Under the pieces are notes generated by a model that was not told the DNA's origin, did no database searches, and saw only the letters and a program-made list of their open reading frames with translations. 64,000 nt of DNA, from NCBI GenBank assembly GCA_963793605.1, contig CAWCAH010000011.1:9204-73203 (forward strand), given 5' to 3'. Positions 9,639 to 17,411 of this stretch are shown one piece after another; positions within the stretch are counted from its first letter, which is position 1; each line of letters begins with the position of its first letter. This DNA is from an uncultured Thermoleophilia bacterium (lineage in GTDB: Bacteria; Actinomycetota; Thermoleophilia; UBA2241). The position numbers and the translations under genes were made by a program.

Positions 9639-11094
9639 TCAGCGGCCGCCGAGCTCCCGGCCCGCGGCCGCGATGACGGCGGAGATGTGCTCCTCCGCAC
9701 CGGCGGGCAGCGGCGCCGGCCTGTGCGTCGCGAGGATCTCCTCCACGGCAGCCGTGGCCCGCTGCACCTCGGCCGCCTGCCGCGGCGCTGAGGTGCGCGC
9801 CGCGCTCCAGGCCTCGAACGGCTCGCGCTGCAGCAGGCGAGGAGACAGCAGCTCGCCGCGGCGGAGGTGGTCACGCGTCTCGCGGGCACGCAGGTAGTGG
9901 CCGCCGGGACCGACTTGGCCGACGAGCTCCTCGAGGAGCCGCTCGTCGTCCACCTCGAAGCCGGCGCGCACGCGCCGGCACTGCCGGAACAGCTCGCAGT
10001 CGAGCAGGATCTTGGGCAGCGAGAGCATCTGCGCGCCGTCGTGCATGCCGGCGCCGCAGAGCAGGTCGGGGTCCATGAGCGCCGAGGTGAGCGCCGTCAT
10101 GCCGGCCTCGGCGCCGCTCATCATCGAGAACTCGTTGGCGTCGCCGGTGAGGCCCGTCGCCATGACGGGGAGCTCGTAGCGCCGGGCCAGGCCGACCATC
10201 GCCTGCGTGATCAGCACCGACTCCGGAGCGGCGGCGGCGTAGGCGCCGGAGCGCATGTCGAGCACGCCGGTGTCGGCGACGTAGATGCAGCCGACCCCGG
10301 GCCGCGCCAGCTGGAAGAGGACGATGGAGCTGAGGATCTCGGCGTTGGCCTGCATGACGGCGCCGGCGAGCGTGACCGGCGCCGTCGCCCCGGTGAGCCC
10401 CATGCTGTACACGCACATCGGCACGCCGGCGCGCGCCAGGGCCAGGCCGGCGCCGATCATCTCCGGCTCGTGCTGCAGCGGCGGCACGGGGCAGTAGACG
10501 ATGGAGAAGAACGGCCGCTCCGGGTCCCAGCGGCCGCCCTCCGCGGCCGCCGCCAGGATCTCGAGCACGAACTCCGCCTCCTCGGCGCGCTGCACCTCGC
10601 CCTGGATGTGCTTGCCCGTGTGCGTGAGGCAGGCGACGAGCTCGTCCAGCACCTGGGTGTTGGGCGGCGCGTCGGCGGCGCTGACGATGTTCCAGACCAC
10701 GCCGACCTCCTCCGCCGCGTCGGCGACGAGGCTGGCGTCGGCGAGGTCCTGCATGGTCGAGGGACGACGCTCCCCGGTGCGGTGGTCGAGCGTGTACGCG
10801 CCGGTGCCGTCGAGCGTGAGGTGCACGTCGGTGCCGTCGCAGCGCACGTCGTGCGCGGGGTCGCGGCCGGCGAGCAGCACGTCGCGCGGCGCGGCCGCAA
10901 GCGCCTCCTCCACCAAGCCGCGGCGGGATGCGCACGAGGCCGGTCTCCGCGTCCACGGCGGCGCCGGCCTCGGCCAGCAGCGCCTGCGCGCCGGCGTCGG
11001 GGAACACGACCCCGACCTCGGCCAGCACGCGCAGGCTGGCCTCGTGGATCGCCTCGACCTCCGCGGGCGGCGCCGGCCCGATGCGGGGGATCAC
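9639..11094 (-). CDS. MttB-superfamily methyltransferase (non-pyrrolysine trimethylamine/glycine-betaine methyltransferase family); one frame disruption at about 10917
   Basis: N-terminus 'VIPRIGPAPPAEVEAIHEASLRVLAEVGVVFPDAGAQALLAEAGAAVDAETGLVRIPPRL' joins 'VEEALAAAPRDVLLAGRDPAHDVRCDGTDVHLTLDGTGAYTLDHRTGERRPSTMQDLADASLVADAAEEVGVVWNIVSAAD..' (425-aa ORF); there is an extra G at TTGGTGG. Its GTG start overlaps the upstream stop (GTGA). Confidence 0.8.
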
Positions 11095-11987
11095 GGCACC
11101 ACCACGCGCAGCGCGCGGGGCACGACCCTGCACTCCATCGGCAGCTTGCCGGCGATCTCGCCGTCTGTCTGCACGAGCACCTCCTGGCCCTCCTCGACGG
11201 CCTCGATGACGGCGCGCTCCGTGCGGAAGTACTCCACCTTGGGGTGCGTGATGTGAGCGTTGATGAGCGCCGTCACCCAGTACCACACGGTGCTCACGAG
11301 TGACTTGTCCTTGAGCACGCAGACGTCCAGGAGCCCGTCGCGCATGTCGGCGAGCGGGGTGATGCCGAACGCCCCGCCGTAGTTGGAGGAGTTGCCGAAC
11401 ACGGCGAAGTAGCCCTCCACCGTGCGCTCGTCGGTCGTGACCCGGAAGAGAGGATCCTCGTGCGTGAGGTAGGTGCCGAGCCCCTGGACGGCGAACGCCG
11501 CCTCCTTGAGCGCCTTCTTCATGACGGGGTTGAGGGAGGCGACCACGGCGGCGTCCATGCCGACGCCGGCCATGAGCCCGAAGTAGCGGTCGCCGGCCAG
11601 CCCGAGGTCGATCCAGGAGATGTTGCCGGAGCCTGACCCCAGCAGCTTGACGGCGTCCGGCGGCTCCAGCGGGATGCCGAGCTCCATGGCCAGCACGTTG
11701 ACGGTGCCGGTGGGGATGATGGCCAGCGGCGTCTCGCTGCCGGCGAGGCCGTTGATGGTCTCGTTGACGGTGCCGTCGCCGCCGCAGGCGGCGACGACGT
11801 CGAACCCGGCGGCGACGGCCTCGCGGGCGAGGCGACTGGCGTCGCCGGGCCGCTCGGTCTGCAGTTCCTCGACGGTGTACCCGAGGCCGCGCAGGGCGGC
11901 GAAGATGAGCGGCATGTCGCGCCGGTACCCGCCGCCGCCGGAGTGCGGGTTGTAGATGGCCGCGAGGCGCTTGCCGTGGAGGGTCAT
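11091..11987 (-). CDS. diacylglycerol-kinase-family lipid kinase (DAGK_cat / YegS-like)
   Basis: 'MTLHGKRLAAIYNPHSGGGGYRRDMPLIFAALRGLGYTVEELQTERPGDASRLAREAVAAGFDVVAACGGDGTVNETINGLAGSETPLAIIPTGTVNVLAMELGIP..'. Its ATG overlaps the upstream stop (ATGA). Confidence 0.8.
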   Translation of the reverse strand: MTLHGKRLAAIYNPHSGGGGYRRDMPLIFAALRGLGYTVEELQTERPGDASRLAREAVAAGFDVVAACGGDGTVNETINGLAGSETPLAIIPTGTVNVLAMELGIPLEPPDAVKLLGSGSGNISWIDLGLAGDRYFGLMAGVGMDAAVVASLNPVMKKALKEAAFAVQGLGTYLTHEDPLFRVTTDERTVEGYFAVFGNSSNYGGAFGITPLADMRDGLLDVCVLKDKSLVSTVWYWVTALINAHITHPKVEYFRTERAVIEAVEEGQEVLVQTDGEIAGKLPMECRVVPRALRVVVP

Positions 11988-12821
11988 GCCGGCCGCTCCG
12001 GGCCCGCGGGGAGCGGCTCCTCGGCATCCGTGGAGAGCCGCACCAGGGTCTGGTACCCCGCCGCGCGCGCGAGATCCGCGGCGTGGTCGAAACCGTGCCC
12101 GACGTCGACAGGCTTGTGCGCGTCGGAGCCGAGCACGAGCGGGATGCCGAGCGCCCGCGCCTCGGCGAGGAGCCCGGGTCCCGGGAACGTCTCGCCGATG
12201 GGCTTGCGCAGGCCGCCGGTGTTGATCTCCAGGCACATGCCGGCCGCCGCCACGGCGCGCAGCGCCGCGGTCGCGGCGGCCGCCACCGCCCCCGAGTCCG
12301 CCGGCGGCCCGAACTTCTTCGCGTGGTCCAGATGGCCGACCACGTCGAACAGCCCCGACTCGGCCAGTCTGCCGCGTCAGGTCGAGGCTCTCAAGGTGGA
12401 TGCGGTCGATGCCGTAGGCCGGCAGCCTGTCGACCATCTCGGGGTGGTCGAACCCGAACCGGTCGCCGACGATGTGCACCGAGCCGATGACGTACTGGAA
12501 CGGGTACTGCTGCAGCACCGCCGCCGTGTCCTCGAGCGTCTCGGGGATGAAGTCCGCCTCGATGCCGAGCAGGATGCGCAGGTCCGCCGCGTACTCCCGC
12601 GCGAGCCCCTGGACCGCGGAGCAGTACTCGTCCAGCTCATCGACGCGCATCGCCCAGTCGTCGGTGAGGTCGTGCAGAGGCTCCCAGCCGCCGAGGAACG
12701 GCAGGTGGTCGGCGAACCCCATCTCCCGCATGCCGAGCCGGGCGGCGCGCTCGACGTACTCGCGCGGCTCGCCCTCCGCGTGACGGCACATACGCGTGTG
12801 GATGTGGTAGTCGGCGATCAC
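11984..12821 (-). CDS. PHP-family phosphoesterase (histidinol-phosphatase HisJ-like); one frame disruption at about 12330
   Basis: 'VIADYHIHTRMCRHAEGEPREYVERAARLGMREMGFADHLPF..ILLGIEADFIPE..VIGSVHIVGDRFGFDHPEM', with C-terminus 'CLEINTGGLRKPIGETFPGPGLLAEARALGIPLVLGSDAHKPVDVGHGFD' in another frame. Confidence 0.7.
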
Positions 12822-12864
12822 GTCACTGAGGCCCCAGCGGTCGTGAGGACTGGTGCGGGCAAGC

Positions 12865-13662
12865 TTACACCCGGCGCCCTCTGCCGGCGGCCCGGCCACC
12901 GGTGCTGCCGGGACGGCGGGCGCTGCGGCGCGGAGCCCGCCGCGCGAACAGCAGGACGAGGACGAGGCCGGCGACGAACCCCCCGACGTGCGCGAAGAAC
13001 GCGACCCCGGCCTCGCCCGAGCCATACGTCGCGAGGCCGCTCACCGCCTGCACCGCGAACCAGATCAGGAGCAGGATCCACGCCGGCACCTCGAAGACCG
13101 GCCACACGACGATGAGCGGGATCACCGTGAGCACACGCTGCCGCGGGAACAGGACGAGGTACCCGCCGAGGACGCCGGCGATGGCGCCGCTCGCGCCGAT
13201 GAGCGGCACGTCGCTCAGCGGCGCCGCCAGCACCTGGGCGGCGGTCGCCACGAGGCCGCAGGCGAAGTAGAAGACGACGAACCGCGGCCGCGTCATCGCG
13301 TCTTCCACGTTGTTGCCGAAGATCCACAGGAACCACATGTTGAAGATGAGGTGCAGCCAGCCGCCGTGCACGAACAGCGACGTGAACAGCGTCGCCGGCC
13401 ACGGGAACCAGGCATGCGGCGGCACGTCCACGTGGCGTGTGATCTCGAACGGCCGCGCCCCCAGCAGGTAGTACCAGCCCTCCAGAGTGACGCCCCAGCG
13501 CGGCAGCGCCAGTTGCGCGACGAAGACTGCCACGTTGGCGGCGATGAGCGCGATGGTCACCGCGGGCAGGCGGCGAGTCGGGTTGGCGTCGTGAAGCGGG
13601 ATCACTGCGCCGCGAGTGTACCCGCCGCAGGGCGCCCCGGGGCGGCGGCGGTCGCTTGACAC
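12865..13662 (-). CDS. rhomboid family intramembrane serine protease
   Basis: '..LFVHGGWLHLIFNMWFLWIFGNNVEDAMTRPRFVVFYFACGLVATAAQVL..IGASGAIAGVLGGYLVLFP..FAHVGGFVAGLVLVLL' (intact 265-aa ORF). Confidence 0.85.
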   Translation of the reverse strand: MSSDRRRPGAPCGGYTRGAVIPLHDANPTRRLPAVTIALIAANVAVFVAQLALPRWGVTLEGWYYLLGARPFEITRHVDVPPHAWFPWPATLFTSLFVHGGWLHLIFNMWFLWIFGNNVEDAMTRPRFVVFYFACGLVATAAQVLAAPLSDVPLIGASGAIAGVLGGYLVLFPRQRVLTVIPLIVVWPVFEVPAWILLLIWFAVQAVSGLATYGSGEAGVAFFAHVGGFVAGLVLVLLFARRAPRRSARRPGSTGGRAAGRGRRV

Positions 13663-13663
13663 T

Positions 13664-13698
13664 CACTTCGGTACCCGTATCATTCGGGTACCGAAGTG
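13664..13698. promoter_or_regulatory. perfect 14-bp inverted repeat CACTTCGGTACCCG-(7 nt)-CGGGTACCGAAGTG; candidate MarR operator spanning the divergent starts of the rhomboid operon and marR
   Basis: Seen directly in sequence. The repeat lies between the GTG of the rhomboid gene (13662) and the GTG of marR (13696); the right arm overlaps the marR start codon. Confidence 0.5.
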
Positions 13699-14185
13699 AA
13701 GCAGGACGACCAGGACAGACACGTGAGACCCGAGGACGTCACCGAGCGAACTCGCCCGCCTGCTCCCCGAGCTGGCGGTCGCGCTCTACGAGTCGGCGCC
13801 CCACGCCGGACGCGGGGAGCGGTCGCCGGCGACGAAGCAGCTCACCGGCCGCCAGCTGGAGGCCGTCGTGTTCCTCTCCCACCACCGGCGCGTGACCATG
13901 CGGGAGTTCGCCGACGGGCTCGAGATCTCACCGGCGGCGGCCACGGAGCTCGTCGCGCGGCTCGTCGAGAGGGACGTCGCGCGCCGGGAGACCGACCCGG
14001 CCGACCGGCGCGTCGTCCACGTGCGTCTCGCGGGCGAGGCGGAGCGCTACGCCGAGACCATGCACGACGCCTGGCAGCGCCAGATCGGCGTCGTCTTCAG
14101 CCGGTACCCCGGCATCGACCCCGACACCCTGGTCGCCTTTCTCGGCGACCTGATCGACCAGTTGAAAGGGCGGACCACGACATGA
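13696..14185 (+). CDS. MarR family transcriptional regulator; one frame disruption (extra A at about 13749)
   Basis: '..ELARLLPELAVALYESAPHAGRGERSPATKQLTGRQLEAVVFLSHHRRVTMREFADGLEISPAAATELVARLVERDVARRETDPADRRVVHVRLAGEAERYAETMHDAWQRQIGVVFSRYP'. Its stop overlaps the ATG of the MFS gene (ATGA). Confidence 0.7.
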
Positions 14186-15882
14186 GCACGCAGACCACCG
14201 CGGCACAGGCCGAGGCCCGGCCGGCCGGGCCGGCCCGCAACCCCTGGGCCGTACTGGCCGTGCTCTGCCTCGGCCTCTTCATGATCCTGCTCGACGGCAC
14301 GATCGTGAACATCGCCATCCCCCACATCCAGGGCTACTACGACACCACGTACAGCAACATCGAGTGGGTGATGAACGCCTACATCCTGGCGTTCGCGGTG
14401 CTGCTGGTGCCGATGGGCCGCTTCGGCGACCTGTGGGGCCGGCGCAAGCTCTTCCTGGCCGGCATGGTGCTCTTCACCCTCGGGTCGCTGGCCTGCGGCC
14501 TCGCGCCGAGCATCTACCTGCTCATCGCCTTCCGCGTGGTCCAGGGCGTCGGCGGCGCGGCGATGATGCCGAGCACCCTGAGCATCATCGCCACCGTCTT
14601 CGCACCCGAGCGGCGAGGCGCGGCCATGGGCGTCTGGGGCGGCGTCTCCGGCGTGGCCTCGGGGCTCGGCCCAGTGCTCGGCGGCATCCTCATCCAGTAC
14701 GTCACCTGGCCGGACGCGGCCGCGAGCTGGCGCTGGATCTTCCTCGTCAACATCCCCATCGGCGTCATCGGCGTGATCCTGACCTTGCGCGTCGTCCCGG
14801 AGAGCAGGAACCCGGCGGAGGTCAGGTCGCTGGACCTGCCCGGCGTCGGGCTGCTCACCGTCTCCCTGTTCAGTCTCACGTTCGCGCTGATCGAGGGCCA
14901 GAACTACGGGTGGACCTCGGCCACGATCCTCGGCCTGTTCGCCGGCGCCGTCGTGGCGTTCCTGCTCTTCTACCGGCGCGAGCACCGCGTGAGCCAGCCG
15001 CTGATCGACTTCTCGCTGTTCCGCAGCCTCAACTTCGCCGCCGGCAACGCCACCGGCCTGCTGCTGAGCGCGGCGATGATGGGCGCCTTCTTCACGATCC
15101 CGATCTTCCTGCAGTCGGTGCTGGGCTTCAGCGCCATCAAGGCGGGCCTGGTCATGGCGCCGATGTCCGTGGTCATCATCTTCGCGGCGCCGCTGGCCGG
15201 CATCCTCTCCGACCGGCTCGGCAGCAAGTGGATCGTGGCCGCCGGCATGTTCCTGCTGGCCGTCGGGCTGGCCTGGATGGCCGGCCTCTTCCCCGGCGTC
15301 GACGGGATCGACCCGCAGACCACGTCGGGCAGCCTCCTCGTGCCGTTCCTGCTCTCGGGCATCGGCATCGGGCTCGCCGTCGCCCCGGTGACCTCCGCGG
15401 TCATGGCCACGGCGCCCAAGGACCGGGTCGGCAACGCCTCCGGCGTGCTCTCGACGACGCGCCAGGTGGGCAGCCTGATGGGCATCGCCATCCTCGGGGC
15501 CGTGCTGCAGAACAGGGTCACGGCCAACATCACCGAGGGCGTCCAGGCGATCAGCCAGATCCCCGAGGCGCTCAAGCAGAAGATCGTCGTCGCCGCCACG
15601 AGCGGCTCGCTGCAGATGGGCGCCCCGAGCGCCGGGGCAGGGCTGCCGAAGACGGCTGCGGCGATGCTCGAATCGCTGTTCAAGGGCTGGTTCACGGACG
15701 CGATCGCCAGCGCCTTCATCGTGGCCGTGGTGCTGGCGGCGATCGGCGGCCTCTGCGCGCTCCTGCTCACCAGTCACGTGAATGACGCGGAGGCAGTGGA
15801 GGCCGGGTCGCCGGCGCCCGCCCGCGGCGCCAGGGAGACGGCTCGCGCGGAGACGGCGGCGGCTGAGGTCGACGCCGTCTGA
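14182..15882 (+). CDS. MFS transporter, DHA2 (EmrB/QacA) family, 14 TMS drug/proton antiporter
   Basis: 'MSTQTTAAQAEARPAGPARNPWAVLAVLCLGLFMILLDGTIVNIAIPHIQGYYD..WVMNAYILAFAVLLVPMGRFGDLWGRRKLFLAGMVLFTLGSLACGLAPSIYLLIAFRVVQGVGGAAMMPSTLSIIATVFAPERRGAAMGVWGGVSGVASGLGPVLGG..'. Intact 566 aa. Confidence 0.9.
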   Translation: MSTQTTAAQAEARPAGPARNPWAVLAVLCLGLFMILLDGTIVNIAIPHIQGYYDTTYSNIEWVMNAYILAFAVLLVPMGRFGDLWGRRKLFLAGMVLFTLGSLACGLAPSIYLLIAFRVVQGVGGAAMMPSTLSIIATVFAPERRGAAMGVWGGVSGVASGLGPVLGGILIQYVTWPDAAASWRWIFLVNIPIGVIGVILTLRVVPESRNPAEVRSLDLPGVGLLTVSLFSLTFALIEGQNYGWTSATILGLFAGAVVAFLLFYRREHRVSQPLIDFSLFRSLNFAAGNATGLLLSAAMMGAFFTIPIFLQSVLGFSAIKAGLVMAPMSVVIIFAAPLAGILSDRLGSKWIVAAGMFLLAVGLAWMAGLFPGVDGIDPQTTSGSLLVPFLLSGIGIGLAVAPVTSAVMATAPKDRVGNASGVLSTTRQVGSLMGIAILGAVLQNRVTANITEGVQAISQIPEALKQKIVVAATSGSLQMGAPSAGAGLPKTAAAMLESLFKGWFTDAIASAFIVAVVLAAIGGLCALLLTSHVNDAEAVEAGSPAPARGARETARAETAAAEVDAV

Positions 15883-16044
15883 CGGGGTGAGCGACGGGCG
15901 ACCGCGACGCCGGCGCGACCCCCGTCGCCAGCTCCGGCAACACCGGGTCGCCGGCTCCCACGCCTGCGCAAGGAGAAGCGCCGGGCAACGGCGAATGACT
16001 CGCCAGCCCTGGTGGTACCGTCAGGGCACAGGAGGAGGTCTTTG

Positions 16045-16299
16045 ATGCCCGTCACGACGAGCGCACCCCCGCGCGTCATCGTCATCCCTCGCCAGCTGGA
16101 GGGGTACTTCTACGACCGGCTCTCGGCGCAGTTCGCCGGCCGCGGCGACGTACGTGTGGTCGTGGACCGCCGCAGCGGTGAGCGCCGGCGCCCCCGCTAC
16201 GTCAGCGGCGCCGGCCCCTTCACCGAACGCCGGCGCGGTGAGCGGCGCGACGAGACCCCCGTGTGGTCGCTGCCCGAGATGCCGTTCTCAGCGTCCTGA
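16045..16299 (+). CDS. small Arg-rich hypothetical protein with a DRRSGERRR / ERRRGERRDE motif
   Basis: 'MPVTTSAPPRVIVIPRQLEGYFYDRLSAQFAGRGDVRVVVDRRSGERRRPRYVSGAGPFTERRRGERRDETPVWSLPEMPFSAS'. Strong RBS AGGAGGAGG 6 nt upstream of the ATG. Convergent with the NarL-type response regulator. Confidence 0.5.
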   Translation: MPVTTSAPPRVIVIPRQLEGYFYDRLSAQFAGRGDVRVVVDRRSGERRRPRYVSGAGPFTERRRGERRDETPVWSLPEMPFSAS

Positions 16300-16312
16300 C
16301 GGCGGGGCCCCG

Positions 16313-16897
16313 CTAGATCCAGCCGTTCTCCCGGCTGACGATGACCGCCTGGGCGCGGTCCACCACGTTGAGCTTGTGGTACACGTTGTGCAGGTGGTTG
16401 CGCACGGTGCTCTGGCTCAGGTCGAGCGCCCGCGCGACCTGCTTGTAGGTCTTGCCGCCGGCCAGCAGGCCGAGGACCTCGAGCTCGCGCTCCGTCATCG
16501 GGTTGGGCACGTCGCCCTTGGGTGGCCCGAGCTCTCCGAGGTGCACCTTGACCCGCGCCAGCAACTCCTTGATGTGGAACGGCTTGGTGATGTAGTCCGC
16601 GGCGCCCTTCTCGAACCCCAGGAGCTTGTCGTTGATCTCACGGCGCGCCGTGAGGAAGATGATCGGCGAGCGTAGTCCCACTGGCTTCTCGCGCAGCTTC
16701 TCGTACACCGTGAACCCGTCCATGTCGGGCATCATGATGTCGAGCAGCACGAGGTCGGGAAGATACAGGCCGCCGGCGCGGAGAGCCTCCCCGCCGTTGG
16801 CGGCCGTCTGGACGTCGTAGCCGGTGACCTCCAGGGCCTCGGCGACGAGCCTGCGGATATCCGGCTCGTCGTCCACCACGAGGATTCGCTTCGCCAT
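16313..16897 (-). CDS. NarL/FixJ-family response regulator (REC plus LuxR-type HTH), orphan
   Basis: 'MAKRILVVDDEPDIRRLVAEALEVTGYDVQTAANGGEALRAGGLYLPDLVLLDIMMPDMDGFTVYEKLRE..TERELEVLGLLAGGKTYKQVARALDLSQSTVRNHLHNVYHKLNVVDRAQAV'. Confidence 0.9.
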   Translation of the reverse strand: MAKRILVVDDEPDIRRLVAEALEVTGYDVQTAANGGEALRAGGLYLPDLVLLDIMMPDMDGFTVYEKLREKPVGLRSPIIFLTARREINDKLLGFEKGAADYITKPFHIKELLARVKVHLGELGPPKGDVPNPMTERELEVLGLLAGGKTYKQVARALDLSQSTVRNHLHNVYHKLNVVDRAQAVIVSRENGWI

Positions 16898-17122
16898 CTG
16901 TTCACTCTCCTGAAGCCGGGGTCGGGGGCCTCGACCGTTCGTCGTACCACCGGAGGTCGCCGGACTGCCCGGACTCTGCGGGGCTCCCCTCTGGTGGCCC
17001 CGCCGCTTGCTGATTCGGGCGGCGCTGCCGATTCCCTCCGACCGGCGTTCTCACTATCGGCAACACCCGGACGAACCTTAGCTCATGGGGCGTTGCCCAC
17101 GCAGGGGCACTGCCGTTCGCGA

Positions 17123-17311
17123 TCAGCGGATCAGGCGGTCGCCGAAGGCGATCAGGAGGGCCACCACAGCCACGACCACCACGGCGGCGGCGGCGATGTC
17201 CCCATAGCGGTGCGTGCGCAGAGCGTTGCGGGTGAGCGTCACCAGGCCGTACACGGCGACCAGGAGCCCCGCGACGCCGGCGATGAGGATCACCCAGTTC
17301 ACGACCGCCAT
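17123..17311 (-). CDS. small two-TM membrane protein (62 aa), hypothetical
   Basis: 'MAVVNWVILIAGVAGLLVAVYGLVTLTRNALRTHRYGDIAAAAVVVVAVVALLIAFGDRLIR'. Confidence 0.4.
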   Translation of the reverse strand: MAVVNWVILIAGVAGLLVAVYGLVTLTRNALRTHRYGDIAAAAVVVVAVVALLIAFGDRLIR

Positions 17312-17411
17312 CGTACACGGTCCCGCCGATGAGCGAGACGGCGAGGCAGGATGGAGCGCGCGGGCGGACGCCGTGGGGCGAGGGGGCGGAGCGGCGCGAG
17401 CCGACGCCGCG

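Noticed and set aside
16045-16299. PilZ-domain (c-di-GMP receptor) assignment for the small Arg-rich ORF on the basis of RxxxR and xSxxG-like strings
   Set aside because: The two motifs are only 5 residues apart, whereas PilZ has them about 20-30 apart, and the protein is too short. This is not supported.
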